A program made the translations under genes and the position numbers. A model generated the notes under the pieces. The model searched no databases and was not told the DNA's origin. It saw only the letters and a program-made list of their open reading frames with translations. A DNA stretch of 59,219 bases, filler included, from Jimgerdemannia flammicorona (taxonomy: Eukaryota), in assembly GCA_003990765.1 (NCBI GenBank). It is 2 parts of 2 records of this genome, joined end to end, with 100 filler letters (N's around TTAATTAATTAA, not from the genome) between each part and the next. Parts side by side here need not be neighbours in the genome. Positions count along the whole stretch, not along the records: positions 1 to 29,565 come from RBNJ01000486.1; 1 more part is not named here. One strand, 5' to 3'. Shown in pieces: positions 12,200 to 23,056 of this stretch; position 1 is the stretch's first letter, and the number at the start of each line of letters is the position of its first letter.

Positions 12200-15100
12200 C
12201 TTGAAGTCTTGAACTAGATCTTGAGAGTTTTTGAGGTTGACCAGTGGTTCCTAGGTAGTATCATATTTAGGATAACTCATCTACTTAACTAGGTATTCAG
12301 GATAGTGGTAGCAGATTTGTTTGTTAAGAATTTTCTCAACTTTGTACTCAATATGGTCTTTAATAATCACAGAGGCAGAAGGCTTAGGAATTCAACCAGG
12401 GTAGGGTAGTGATTGATTCCAGATCTTGAGGTATGATATATGAAAGACTGGGTGTACTCTTATAGTTTCAGGTAGCTTGAGATGGTAGGAGGATGCAGAG
12501 ACCTATTCAGTGATCTCAAAAGGTCTGATATACTTGAGTTGGAACTTATTTAAAGAGTAGTTGACTTGAGATTATATCTTGAGATTCTTGGTAGATAGTA
12601 GAACTTAATCTCTAATAGTATAAGTGACATCATGGTATTTCTTATCAGCATACTTGGCTTGATGCTGTTGAGTCTTCTGAAGATTCACAGTAACAATCTT
12701 GAATAGTTCATCTATTTTGTCTATAAGGTTCTTAGTGATTAGAACTTATATTTGACTGGTTTTCTTAAAATGGAATAGACTTGCAGAGATCTCAGGATCT
12801 TGACTATAGAGTAACTAGAAAGGGGAAAGACTAGTAGATGATTAGACAGCATTGTTGTATACAAACTCTACATAAGTCAAGTAAATGTCCCAATCATCTT
12901 GCTCATAAGAAACATAGTTTCTAAGTATTTGTTCTAGAGTTCTGTTCATGTACTCAGTTTGTCCATTAGTTTGTAGGTAAAAGGCAGTAGATATAACCAA
13001 TTGGGTTCCCAGAGTCTTGAAGAGGATTTGCCAGAAGTAACTGATGAACTTAGGGTCATGATCACTAATAATTACTTATAGTAGACCATAGTGATAGAAG
13101 ATAGACTTAAAGAAGATTCTTATAATCTCAGGTGTAATAGTATTGATAGTGGTTGGTTCAGTAACCATAGTCTTGATCAGACAGTCAATGAATATAACAA
13201 TAGCATCAGCACCAGATTGAGTTCATGGTAGTTGAGTTATAAAGTCCATGGTAACTTACTTGAACTTCTTAGTAGGAATTGGTAGTAGTTATAGTAAACC
13301 AGCAGGTGCTTGGTTGGTAGACTTATTGTGCTGACATAGATCACAGCTGGCAATATAGTTCTTGATTTTCTTGACTATGTTTGGCCAATAGTAGTGGTAT
13401 TGGATGTTCTTAACAGTCTTCTCAATTCCCAGATAATCAACAAAAGAGGAGTCATGGTGATCTTGCAAAACCTTGTAGCATAGGTTTATGTTTTCAGGTA
13501 GGTAGACTTGATCTTGATGATAGATCAGGTTGTTCTTGACAGTATATATATCCTTGAGTTCATTTGAGAAAACTCTAGTGGCAACTATGTCTTCTTTGTA
13601 AGCTTGCCTGATTTGGTCTTGGAATTCTGATGCCAAGGTGACTTGCATGATTGTGGTGAGGTCTGAACATCTTGATAAGATACATATCTAGTATTATAAG
13701 TGTCTTTCCAGACTTATAGATGATAATCAGATTGAAGGTTTGAAGCTTGAGGCTCTACTTGGCTTGTAGATATAACAGAGTAGATTGGGTGTTAATATAC
13801 TTAAGAAATTGATAATCAGTAATGACATCAAACTCAATATCTTCTAGATAGTATTGCCAGTGGTCTAGTGTATATATTATTGCTAGTAGTTCCTTCTCAT
13901 GAGTAGCTAGCTTTTGTTCAGCTAGGGCCAGCTTCCAGGACTTGAAAATAATAGGGTGATATTCTTTGTCATCATCTTATAATAGGACTGCTCTAATGGT
14001 AAAATTTGATATATCAGTGGTGACTGTGAATTTTAGACCTTGATCTACATTATACAGGACTAGAGTATGGGTCAGGCAGTTCTTGAGTTCTTGAAAGGCT
14101 TGTTGGCAGAAGAGGTCCCAGGTATAGGATATATAGTGGTCTGAGTGCAGGGCCTTCCTCATGAGGTTAGTCAGTGGCTCAGCAATACCAGAGAAGTTTC
14201 TGACAAAGTAGTGGTAATAGCCAGCTAGACCAAGGAAGGATTGGAGTTCTATGAGGTTTGATAGAATGGGCTATTCTTCAATTACTTCTATCTTATGTGG
14301 GTCTACTTGAATTCCTTATATAGAGATAATGTAGCCAAGATATTTGACTTGTTCCTTAAAAAATTCATACTTCTTGAGCTTAGCATAAAGCTTGTATTTT
14401 CACAGAATCTCCAGGACTATTCAAATGTATTTGAGGTGTTCTTCTTTAGTTGTGCTAAAGATCAGGATATCATCAAGATATACCAATAGGAAAATAAATA
14501 GTTGGTCCTTGAATATCTTGTTCATCAGAGTCTAGAATGTGGCAGATGTATTGGTGAGACCAAATGCTAAGACTAGGAATTCATAAAGTCCAAAGGGGGT
14601 CATAAACACAGTCTTGGGAATGTCTTCTGGCTTGATTCAAATCTGGTGGTATCCTGACATGAGGTCTAACTTAGTGAAGTACTTGGCATTCTTGAGAGCA
14701 TCAAAGATTTGATCAATCAAGAGTAGCAGATAGCAGTTCTTGACAGTAAGTTTATTGAGTATATGAAAGTCTATACACATTCACAGAGTACCATCCTTCT
14801 TCTTAACAAATAAGACTAGTGAGCCATAAGGAGATTTGCTTGACTGGATGACTCCTTATGCAGTTCTTCTAGTTCCTTCTTGACTGCTTCAATTTCAAGT
14901 AGTGATATGTAGTATATATGTTTCTTGGGTGGTACAGCTCCTGGGGTCAGTTCAATTTTATGATCAACTTCTCATATAGGTGGTAGACCAGATAGCTTGT
15001 CTAGAAAGATATCCTTGAATTCTTCTAGCAGTAGCTTAATACTTTCATTAACTAATAGTCTCTTGTCTTGTTTCTTGGGACAGATCATTACAACAAAGGC

Positions 15101-16956
15101 ATGTATTGTCTTCTTGAGTGCTTTCTTATACTATATAGCTGACAGTATTGCAATATGGGTCTTGCTCATAGTCTTATCTGTCTTGATCATAATATTAGCT
15201 TCATCTTAAAGTAGGGTAACTTCATTCTTGCACCAATCAATATCTGGATTGTGTTTTGTGAGCTAGAGTTTTTCTAAGATCAGGTTATGATCTCCTAGTA
15301 GTGCAACCTCAAAGTCTACTTATTCCCAATATTTCTGGATCTTGATGGGCAGTTTGGCAGCAATTGACTCAATGGGGTACAAAGTACCATCTATAGTGAC
15401 TATACTATTATTCTTGAGTGTAGGCTTGATAAGAATCTTAAGACTTTCAATGAGATTCTGATTGATGAAGTTCCCTGTAGCTCCACTGTCTATGGGTATT
15501 TGACCTTCTTTCTCTTTGACTAGGCCTTTGAAAATGAGCATAGCTTGAGCTTGATTTTTACTAAGACTTACTACTTAATCAGTACTACCAAAACCCTTTT
15601 GATCTCATTTAGTTTCAGGGAGTTCTTGGACTTCTGTAATCTTGAGTTGACTGGCTTTTTCTAGAATTATTTTTATGACTTGGTCTCCTTCTTTAACTAT
15701 ATAGTCTTGATCCTTCTGGTTGATAAGCAAGACTTGAACTTATCCTTGAAAGTCTGGGTTGATAATATCAGTACCCACATCTAAATAATATTTGATACTG
15801 AGTTCTGATTATGGTACAATTTTAGCATAATGTCCTTCAGGGCATTGAACTGCAATTTCAGTAGGCATCAGAGTGTAGTCCTTGGCTGGAATAGTGACTT
15901 GTTTGACTGAGTGTAGGTCAAGACCAATGGCTCCTTCTGTTTGATATTGAGAGATTTGGGCCTTTAGATGAAGCTTCTTGATATTGAGCTCAAGTTAACT
16001 GGTAGTGAGATTGACAGGTGTGTCCTTGAACAATACAGTGACTGATATTGAGAGTTCACTAGTCTTCCTAGGATATTTGGTTGCAATGTATTCTGTTTGG
16101 TAACAGAAGAAATAGGCTTCAGATTTCTTCAAATGGTTCTTTTCTTCAGAGGTGAGCTTGGTGTTCTTTTTGTTCATGGTATCTAAGTCTATTGGTGCCA
16201 GGCCAACTATTCTTGGTTGGTTTCTGTAAAGTAGTTCTTCTTGTGGTATTCTGGTTTGAAGTAGTTACCAAAGATGATGACATCAAATCTATTAATAATT
16301 CTCATGGCTTCATCAAGAGTTTTGAGCTCTTTTAGCTCAACCTTGACTTGTGTATTTCCCTTTAGACCTTGGACATAGTAGACTATCTTTTCATTCTCAG
16401 ATACTACTGATAGCTCAAGTAGGATTGATAAGAATTATATATTATAGCTTTGTACAGACTTGAGTTGCTTGATGTTCACTAGCTTGTCCCTGACTAGCTT
16501 AGTGGCATTAGCAGACTTGAACTGCTTGTGAAGGACTCTCTTGAAAGCTTTCCAATCTCTGATTCATATATATGAGTATACAGATATAACTATGATATAA
16601 TTGTGCCACCAGATAGCTGCATTTCCTCAGAGAAGTATGGCAGCAAATTGGACTTGCATATCATCTTCCATTCTTGTGAGTTCAAAGTATTGGTCCAATT
16701 AGAAGGTTTATGCATCTGTAGATAGTCCTCCTCAATGGCTATTGAAGGTATCTAGCTTGAGTGGCTTGAAACTGACTGGTACTATGACAGGATATGATAT
16801 ACCTATAATTTGTATTTTCTGCTATTCTAGTTGTACTTGAAGTTCTTGAATTTGGTAGGCCATAGCATTGATCATATCTTCTATACCAAGTTGCTGTCCT
16901 TCTGCTTCTTCTATAGCAGAGGGGTCTGGCTAATAGGCTGACTCTTCACAGCTCAT
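12200..16956 (-). pseudogene. gag-pol pseudogene of element B
   Basis: Many stops. Visible motifs include DLMSGYHQI, LGLAGYY, CDLCQHNK, DFITQL and EYKVEKIL. Confidence 0.9.
15575..15990 (-). pseudogene. dUTPase domain of element B (between gag and protease)
   Basis: GAIGLDL, decayed RSGL, DIINPDFQG, GDQV and KGFGSTD match the trimeric dUTPase motifs. Confidence 0.85.
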
Positions 16957-17046
16957 TTTAGGTTTGTATGACTAGTTGTAACTGGTTTCCGAATTCATGT
17001 GAGGTTTCTTAATAAGGCAAGATATAACAATACCACTGCTACCAAA

Positions 17047-17510
17047 TGTAATGGTTCTAGTTTCTTTAAGAGGAAGCAGCTAAATCTAGAAGTTCTGGTT
17101 GGTCTAAAGTAGCTCAAAGAGATACTTAAAGATTCAAGTATTCTCAAAGGATTTCTGAGAGAAAATATTCTGAGATTTATTCAGATAGAGAACAAGGATA
17201 TTTATATATGATCTGAAAGAAAGATCCAGAAGGATCTTGGAAAGAAAGAGAAATGCCAAAAAATAGGTTCTCAGCAAAGCTGACTAATACTATTCTACAA
17301 TGTTTCAAAAGGTTCTATGACTAGTTAAGACAAGATGCTTGGTGCCAAGGAAAGACAAGAATATTCTAGTAGTGTCTGGATACTGAGAGAAGGTTTCTAA
17401 GTAAGTAGAAGGTGATGGAATATAGTAGAATGTTCAAGAAATATCCTGAAAAGACTAACTAAAAGATGCAAAAATATACTAAGACTAAATATAATTGTGA
17501 AATTATTACA
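17047..17510 (-). repeat. 5' LTR of element B
   Basis: TG..CA termini, adjacent to the PBS. Confidence 0.93.
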
Positions 17511-18389
17511 AAGACTCTTGAAAGATAGAGCAAAAAAGAAAGACCTTTGAAAGATAAGGTACTGCTACTACAACTACTTTCAAGTGAGCACTTCTTCAAA
17601 CTAAAGGCTTCTTAGTATATATTGTATACTAAGTCTCTATGTAATATCTTATTTCTCTAAGTATCTAAAGAATCAGAGAGAGATAGAAATAAGAGTTATT
17701 ACAACTTGGTAGCAGTGGATTATCAAGCCAAAAAGGCACTAAGAATACACTTCTGAGAAGCTAGAACAAGACTAACCTTAGACAGGAGTAATCCCTAGAA
17801 AACTTAGAATAAACTAGCCTAGATAAAGTTCCACAAGAATGATAAGAAAGATCTAGAAATCTTTGCCACCAAGATGAATGCCTACCTTAAAACCATTGGA
17901 CTTACCTATTAGGAAAACAATTTGGCCATCAATGGTACTGGAGCTAACTATCTTTTTACAGCCCTACCAGACTGGCTCACCTAGAAGATTAAGAAATAAG
18001 ATCTTCCCTAAGGATGTCTCCACTACTCATAGTACTTTGCCCAAGTACAAAGAAGAGCCTATAAAATCATTGCTATACAGGCCCTATAAAATCCAGAACA
18101 TAAGAAGGATAACCAAGATAGGAGAAATCTTATCAAAAGGAATAATTAAAGAAATGATCAGAAAAATGATCAAAGGAATAATCAAAGGAACCAGTAAAAC
18201 TCCAGAGGACCAAGACCTCCCACTGAGGATGAAAAGAGGTAGCTTCATGAAAAAGAATTGTACTTCATCTGTAGAAAGACAGGATACATCTTAGTCAGAT
18301 TTCCTGAGAAGAGAAACAGATTAAGCAAACTCAGTAATCAGAACATCACTATTATTGAAGAAGGTCCAGGAAAGAAGAACCCCAAGAAT

Positions 18390-18795
18390 GTCATCAAAGT
18401 ACAGAAGACATAGTACAAGGCTACCATCTCCACTAAGGCTCATTCTACTGATATAAGATATAACCTCTATAGTAGCCAATATCTCATCATCCTACTAAGT
18501 ACCAATACTACAGTATAAATAGCAAGCTTCCAAAGGTACATATATTCACCTTTCTGAGTAAAGTAGCCTGGCTAAAGAATTCAACATTGGGCTAGGAGGA
18601 GGAGTAGTTGATTAAGAATTTATTAGTAAAATCTATATCATCTTATAGAATTTTGGAGATACTTCATTTGAAAAAACAGACCAAAGAATTGCTCGAGCAA
18701 TTATTGAAGAAATCCATCAAGATCTTACTATTGAAGAAGTCTTTAAGCTCTCCCAGACAGACTGTAGCAAGAAAGAGTTTGGATTAATCAACAAA
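18390..18795 (+). pseudogene. dUTPase domain of element C (between gag and protease)
   Basis: SSLAKEFNIGLGGGVVD*EFISK, QRIARA and TDCSKKEFGL are decayed motifs 2-5. Confidence 0.75.
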
Positions 18796-19811
18796 CCTCT
18801 CAGTCAAAAGGTCACCACTATGAAGGAAGATGATGAAAACTGTTACAAGAGAATTATAGATAGTTATACATCATATGGACAATATCCTCATTTTATCTGA
18901 ATGTACTATATGAAACATATTGGTAAATGTTATACATGTCTCTCCAAAGTCTTCAAAATCAATTCTGAAAGATGCTAAGCCCAATAGACTGAGGAACCTA
19001 AACAAGACCACTCTCCTTGTAAAGAATGGAGAGAAACTGACTTCAAGGAGACTAATAGCAACTAAGATAATAATAAAGATAAAGAGCTCAACACCAGCAA
19101 GAAGGAGGACAGTTGCATTAAGTTCATAAGTCAAGTTTACAGACAGAATATCAATATCTTACTTGATAGTAGTGCTACTGAAAACTATATTAGCACCAAG
19201 ACTGCCAAGAGGATTAGAGTCTGAAGCAGACCAACTATCAAGAAAAGAAGTGTTATCTTTAGTGATGGTAAGACTATACCACTGACTAAGATCTGTAAAG
19301 ACCTCTTGCTTAGCAGAGGAGGAAGAAGGCCCAGTGGGAGCCAAGGGAGCGAACCCAGAGCCAGTGTCAAAGTGAACGGAAGACATGTGGAAAAGTGTGT
19401 ATAAGGGGGATGAATAAAGAATGTAACCGAATTTACATCAGCCATTTATTGCCACGTAAAAACATGGTCCTTATATACAAAATACGACATCCCAAAAGGG
19501 AGGACACGCCACAACTCAGGGCGAACCGAATTAGGAACCACATGACTGCCGGAAATAGGCGGAGATAAAGGGGGAGCCAATCCCAGTTGCAGGATAAAAA
19601 TCACAAACAAACACAAACAAAACAAATCCAAATCGAGATTAAAAAACATCCACAGACCCTGGAGGGATGAGTGTGAGCGAGGGGTGAGACCGAAACGGAG
19701 CGAGCCACAGTGAGCCCAAGTGAAGTGAGAGGCCGAAGACAGCAGAGGGGAGCGGAGTAAGGCCGAGACCCCAGAGTGAGCACGAGACCCCGGAGGGGGC
19801 AAGGATGTTTT

Positions 19812-21896
19812 TTAATTCTCTCCAGCAGAACCGGAGGTACCAGAAGGTGACGAAAATGCAAAACGAGAGCAATGGATTAAAGAAGAAACAGAAGGAAGAC
19901 GCGAACGAGCAATCAGAGGGTGTTGGGAAAGAGATGAAAGTCCATGGCATGAAAGAGAAGAGCGCAGGACGGTATCAGGGCATTGAGCGACCCAGCAAGT
20001 ATGATCAAATGGTACGATGAGAATCGGGGGTGGGAAAGAAGAGAGGGTACGGAGAGGGTAAGGGGGGAGTGAGGGAAGGGAGGGGGGGTAAAGGGAAGAG
20101 AGTAGGGAAGAGCAAACAACAGACCATTCAACAGAAGCAAGCAGATCACAAATGATAGAAAGAGGGTAGGCACGATGATGGACCACGAAGTTGCCAAGAA
20201 CCCGAACAGCAGACACCCAATCAGAACGATGGGAGCAGCATAATACAAGATGACAAGCCTCACCACGAATATATTCAAGAAGAGTGCAATGAGGATGATT
20301 GGACAAGAAGTCAGGGAACTGTTGGGAATGAGGAAAATGGGAATAAACAACAGTTTGGAAGGGAGAAAGAGAAATAGAAAGGTCCAAAAAGGGAATACTA
20401 GTCATACCACACACCCAAGTAATAGAATGATGGGGAGGGTAAATGCCCTGGAACACACTAGGAATATCAATACCAGCAACAGCGAAGACAATAAAGTCAT
20501 CAATGTATCGGCGAAAGAAGATATCTCTAGCCTGGAATGCAATGGAAAGAGGTAAAGTAATATCACATAACGCACACAATTCGTGGGCCAGGCCAATGAG
20601 GTTGACAAGGGTGGGGGCACAATTCGTACCCATGGCAATACCAGAAGTCTGGTGGAAGGAGCCAAGGGCCGACTCAAAATAATTAGAGCCGCAGACGAGG
20701 AGCATAAGCTCAACAATGGAAGCCAGCGAAACCGGGGAATCCAAAGAAAAAACCAAGGAACCCAAGAAGCGAAGGCAATCATCGATCTCATCAAAACGAA
20801 TAGCAGTATAGAAGGAAGAGAAGTCACCAGAGGCCAAATGGGAAAAACGGTGAACAGGCACAATGGTGGAGCAGAGAAGGGTGAGCTCCTGAGTATCATG
20901 AAGAATAGTATACTCAGGCCCAAGATGGTGTTGTAAGAGAGCCATCCAGGAGAGAAAGAAGCAGGATAACCACTTTGAAATCTCGGTGGTAGGAGAACTA
21001 TAAGAAGCCGTAATAGGATGCCAAGCCAAAACAGGCTTGCGAACTTTAGGAAGAGCATAGAAAACCAGAAGAGAAATATCCGGGGAGGACAAAGAGTCCT
21101 GGAAGAAGTTAAAAATGGGGTTCGCGAATGGGGAATCCGAAAGTGATCTAGCATGAGCCAGAGAAACCCGAAGAAGAGTGAGAATCTCATCCAATCCAAG
21201 AGCACTAGGCTCGTAAGCTGTGGCTCGAAGGAGGGCAGAAAGGCCATCAAGGTAGAGCAACTTAGGAATAAGTACAAAACCCTGATTCTTATCAGTAACT
21301 GTGAGAAAATGCATAGGCAATTGCTTGACCGATTTAAGCGCGGTATGCACAGCATGGTCCGAAACCAAGCAAGAGCAAGCTCATCCAGGAACGGACAGCA
21401 AGCAAGCCATGTCGAGGAATACGCAGTGTGAAGAGACATTGGGAGGAGGGACCCAATCGCTAGGAACAAAATAGTGAGAGGGCATCTCACCACGATCTTG
21501 AAAGAAAATGGCAAGGTCAAGAGCATAACGAAAATGTATTAGACGAGCCGGATCGGTGAAGGAGAATTGTGAGGGAGTCGCAGGAAAAACAAAGTGAGGA
21601 CCCAAGGATAAGGCAAAGACTTGAAGAGGAGAAAGGGGGCAGTCAGCTGAAGAAAAAGGAGGAGACAAAAGAGTTCCAAGAGAAGAATAAAACCGAAAGT
21701 TCAGGACAAGCAACTGGGAAAGACGAAGGGGGGACAATATGAGGAACCACTCAGGGCGCACCAGAAGCGACGACAGAATCCGAGAAGGGACGGGGACACC
21801 GGGGGAGAACCACGCCAAGGGGAAGTTTAAGAGTGGGAGGCCTTTCCCTTCCCTCTGACTTTTTTTGAAGGTGGTGAGCCTGATGAACGGGAGCAC
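19812..21896 (-). pseudogene. Penelope-type reverse transcriptase with one in-frame TGA (21381-21383)
   Basis: LSPLQVFALSLGPHF, TDKNQG, FYALPKVRK, GDFSSFYTAI, QTSGIAMGTNCAP, RYIDD, PFLDL and a thumb SNHP..IRGE..RAYP. The ORFs 21381-21896 and 19812-21368 share a frame. Confidence 0.88.
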
Positions 21897-23056
21897 ACCC
21901 TGTCAGAGTGCCAGACCTTGCGGCTACAGGCTTTCGTACAGCCCTTACATTCAGGGGCATGGGTGGAGGAGGCGGAGGAGGAACTGGTGGAGGAGGCTGA
22001 AGGCGAGCGAGCAGCCAAAGGGGCAGCAGCGCGAGGAACACCACCATGAGGACAGACGGACTTGGCCAGGTGCCAGTAGGCACGGTGGAGGCGACCGGAG
22101 CAGACAGCACAAGGCCAGGCCCTGACAGGGCGAGAACCAAGTTGGCGGCCATGCTTGGGGGCAGGGGGAATAGAGGAGGAAGCCTTGGCGGGGGAGGGGG
22201 ACTGGGAAGAGACTGACGAAGCCTGGTTGGGCTTGGTGGGGGTCTTGGCGGGGGTCTTGGAGGGGGCCTTGGTGGCAGCAGTGGCGAAGGAACGAACCTC
22301 AGCATGAGTGGCAGTACGAGCTTCGGCGTGGATGGCCTCAGAGACCGAAACCTCAGAGGAGGCAGAGAGGGGAGCAGTGGCGGTGGTGCGAGCAGCGGCG
22401 GCAGTATGTAAAGATTCCTGCTCATGAAGGCGAGTGACAAAAGAGGTACTGGTGAGGAGGAAACGACGTACAGCGTCGATGTCAGTGGTGACAGAAGGAA
22501 TGTCTTGGATGGCGAAGCCGCAGAAGGGGGCAGCATCCGAAAGGCGAGAGGAGGCGAAGGCCACGAAAGCGGCACATGCACGTTGGAAAGAGGCAGAAGC
22601 GGTGGCAGCGGAAGTGGTGGTGGCAGAAGCAGCAGCGGCATCAGTGGCGGCGAGCTTGGCAGTGGCAGTGGTGGCACGAACCTCTTCAGAGAGGGCTTGG
22701 TAGTGGGCCTCGGAGAGAACAGAGTAGCGGACGGCGGGCGGAGCAATGACATTGACGTCACGGCGGAGACGAGCCTCCTTGGCGGAGAGGGCAAGAACCG
22801 ACCGGAACTGAGAGAGGAGCAGACGACCAGAAGGATGAAGGTCCAGGGGGAGGGAAAGGATGGCAGAAGAGATGTAGGTCTCGAAGGAGACAGTGGCGGG
22901 GGTGAAGGCAGGGGGAGGAGGAGGAGGAAGTTCCTCATCCATGAGCTCGTCGACGAGGACAGAGGCCCCAAGGGCAGGCGGTACAGCAGAGGAGGAAGAA
23001 GGCCCAGCAGGAGCCAAGGGAGCAAACCCAGAGCCAGTGTCAAAGCGAATGGAAGA
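21827..23056 (-). CDS. PLE ORF1: Ala/Pro-rich helical protein with two C-terminal Cys/His clusters
   Basis: Open frame from MSSIRFDTG with CAVC..YWH..VC and CKGC..VWH..VC. Its first codons are repeated in all three pLTR copies. Confidence 0.65.
   Translation of the reverse strand, partial: SSIRFDTGSGFAPLAPAGPSSSSAVPPALGASVLVDELMDEELPPPPPPAFTPATVSFETYISSAILSLPLDLHPSGRLLLSQFRSVLALSAKEARLRRDVNVIAPPAVRYSVLSEAHYQALSEEVRATTATAKLAATDAAAASATTTSAATASASFQRACAAFVAFASSRLSDAAPFCGFAIQDIPSVTTDIDAVRRFLLTSTSFVTRLHEQESLHTAAAARTTATAPLSASSEVSVSEAIHAEARTATHAEVRSFATAATKAPSKTPAKTPTKPNQASSVSSQSPSPAKASSSIPPAPKHGRQLGSRPVRAWPCAVCSGRLHRAYWHLAKSVCPHGGVPRAAAPLAARSPSASSTSSSSASSTHAPECKGCTKACSRKVWHSDRVCSRSSGSPPSKKVRGKGKASHS

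Larger units (their letters stand above)
11419..17510 (-). mobile_element. Full-length Ty3/Gypsy chromovirus element B (degenerate)
   Basis: LTRs 11419-11871 and 17047-17510, 5-bp TSD AAGAC, PBS TGGTAGCAGTGG at ~17033-17044 (minus), PPT next to 11872. Domain order gag-dUTPase-PR(IDSGATGNF)-RT-RH-IN-chromodomain. Confidence 0.95.

Noticed and set aside
19440..19816. Hammerhead ribozyme in the pLTR
   Set aside because: No CTGANGA..GAAA core found by eye, only small hairpins such as CCACGT-TTTT-ACGTGG. A covariance search is still needed.
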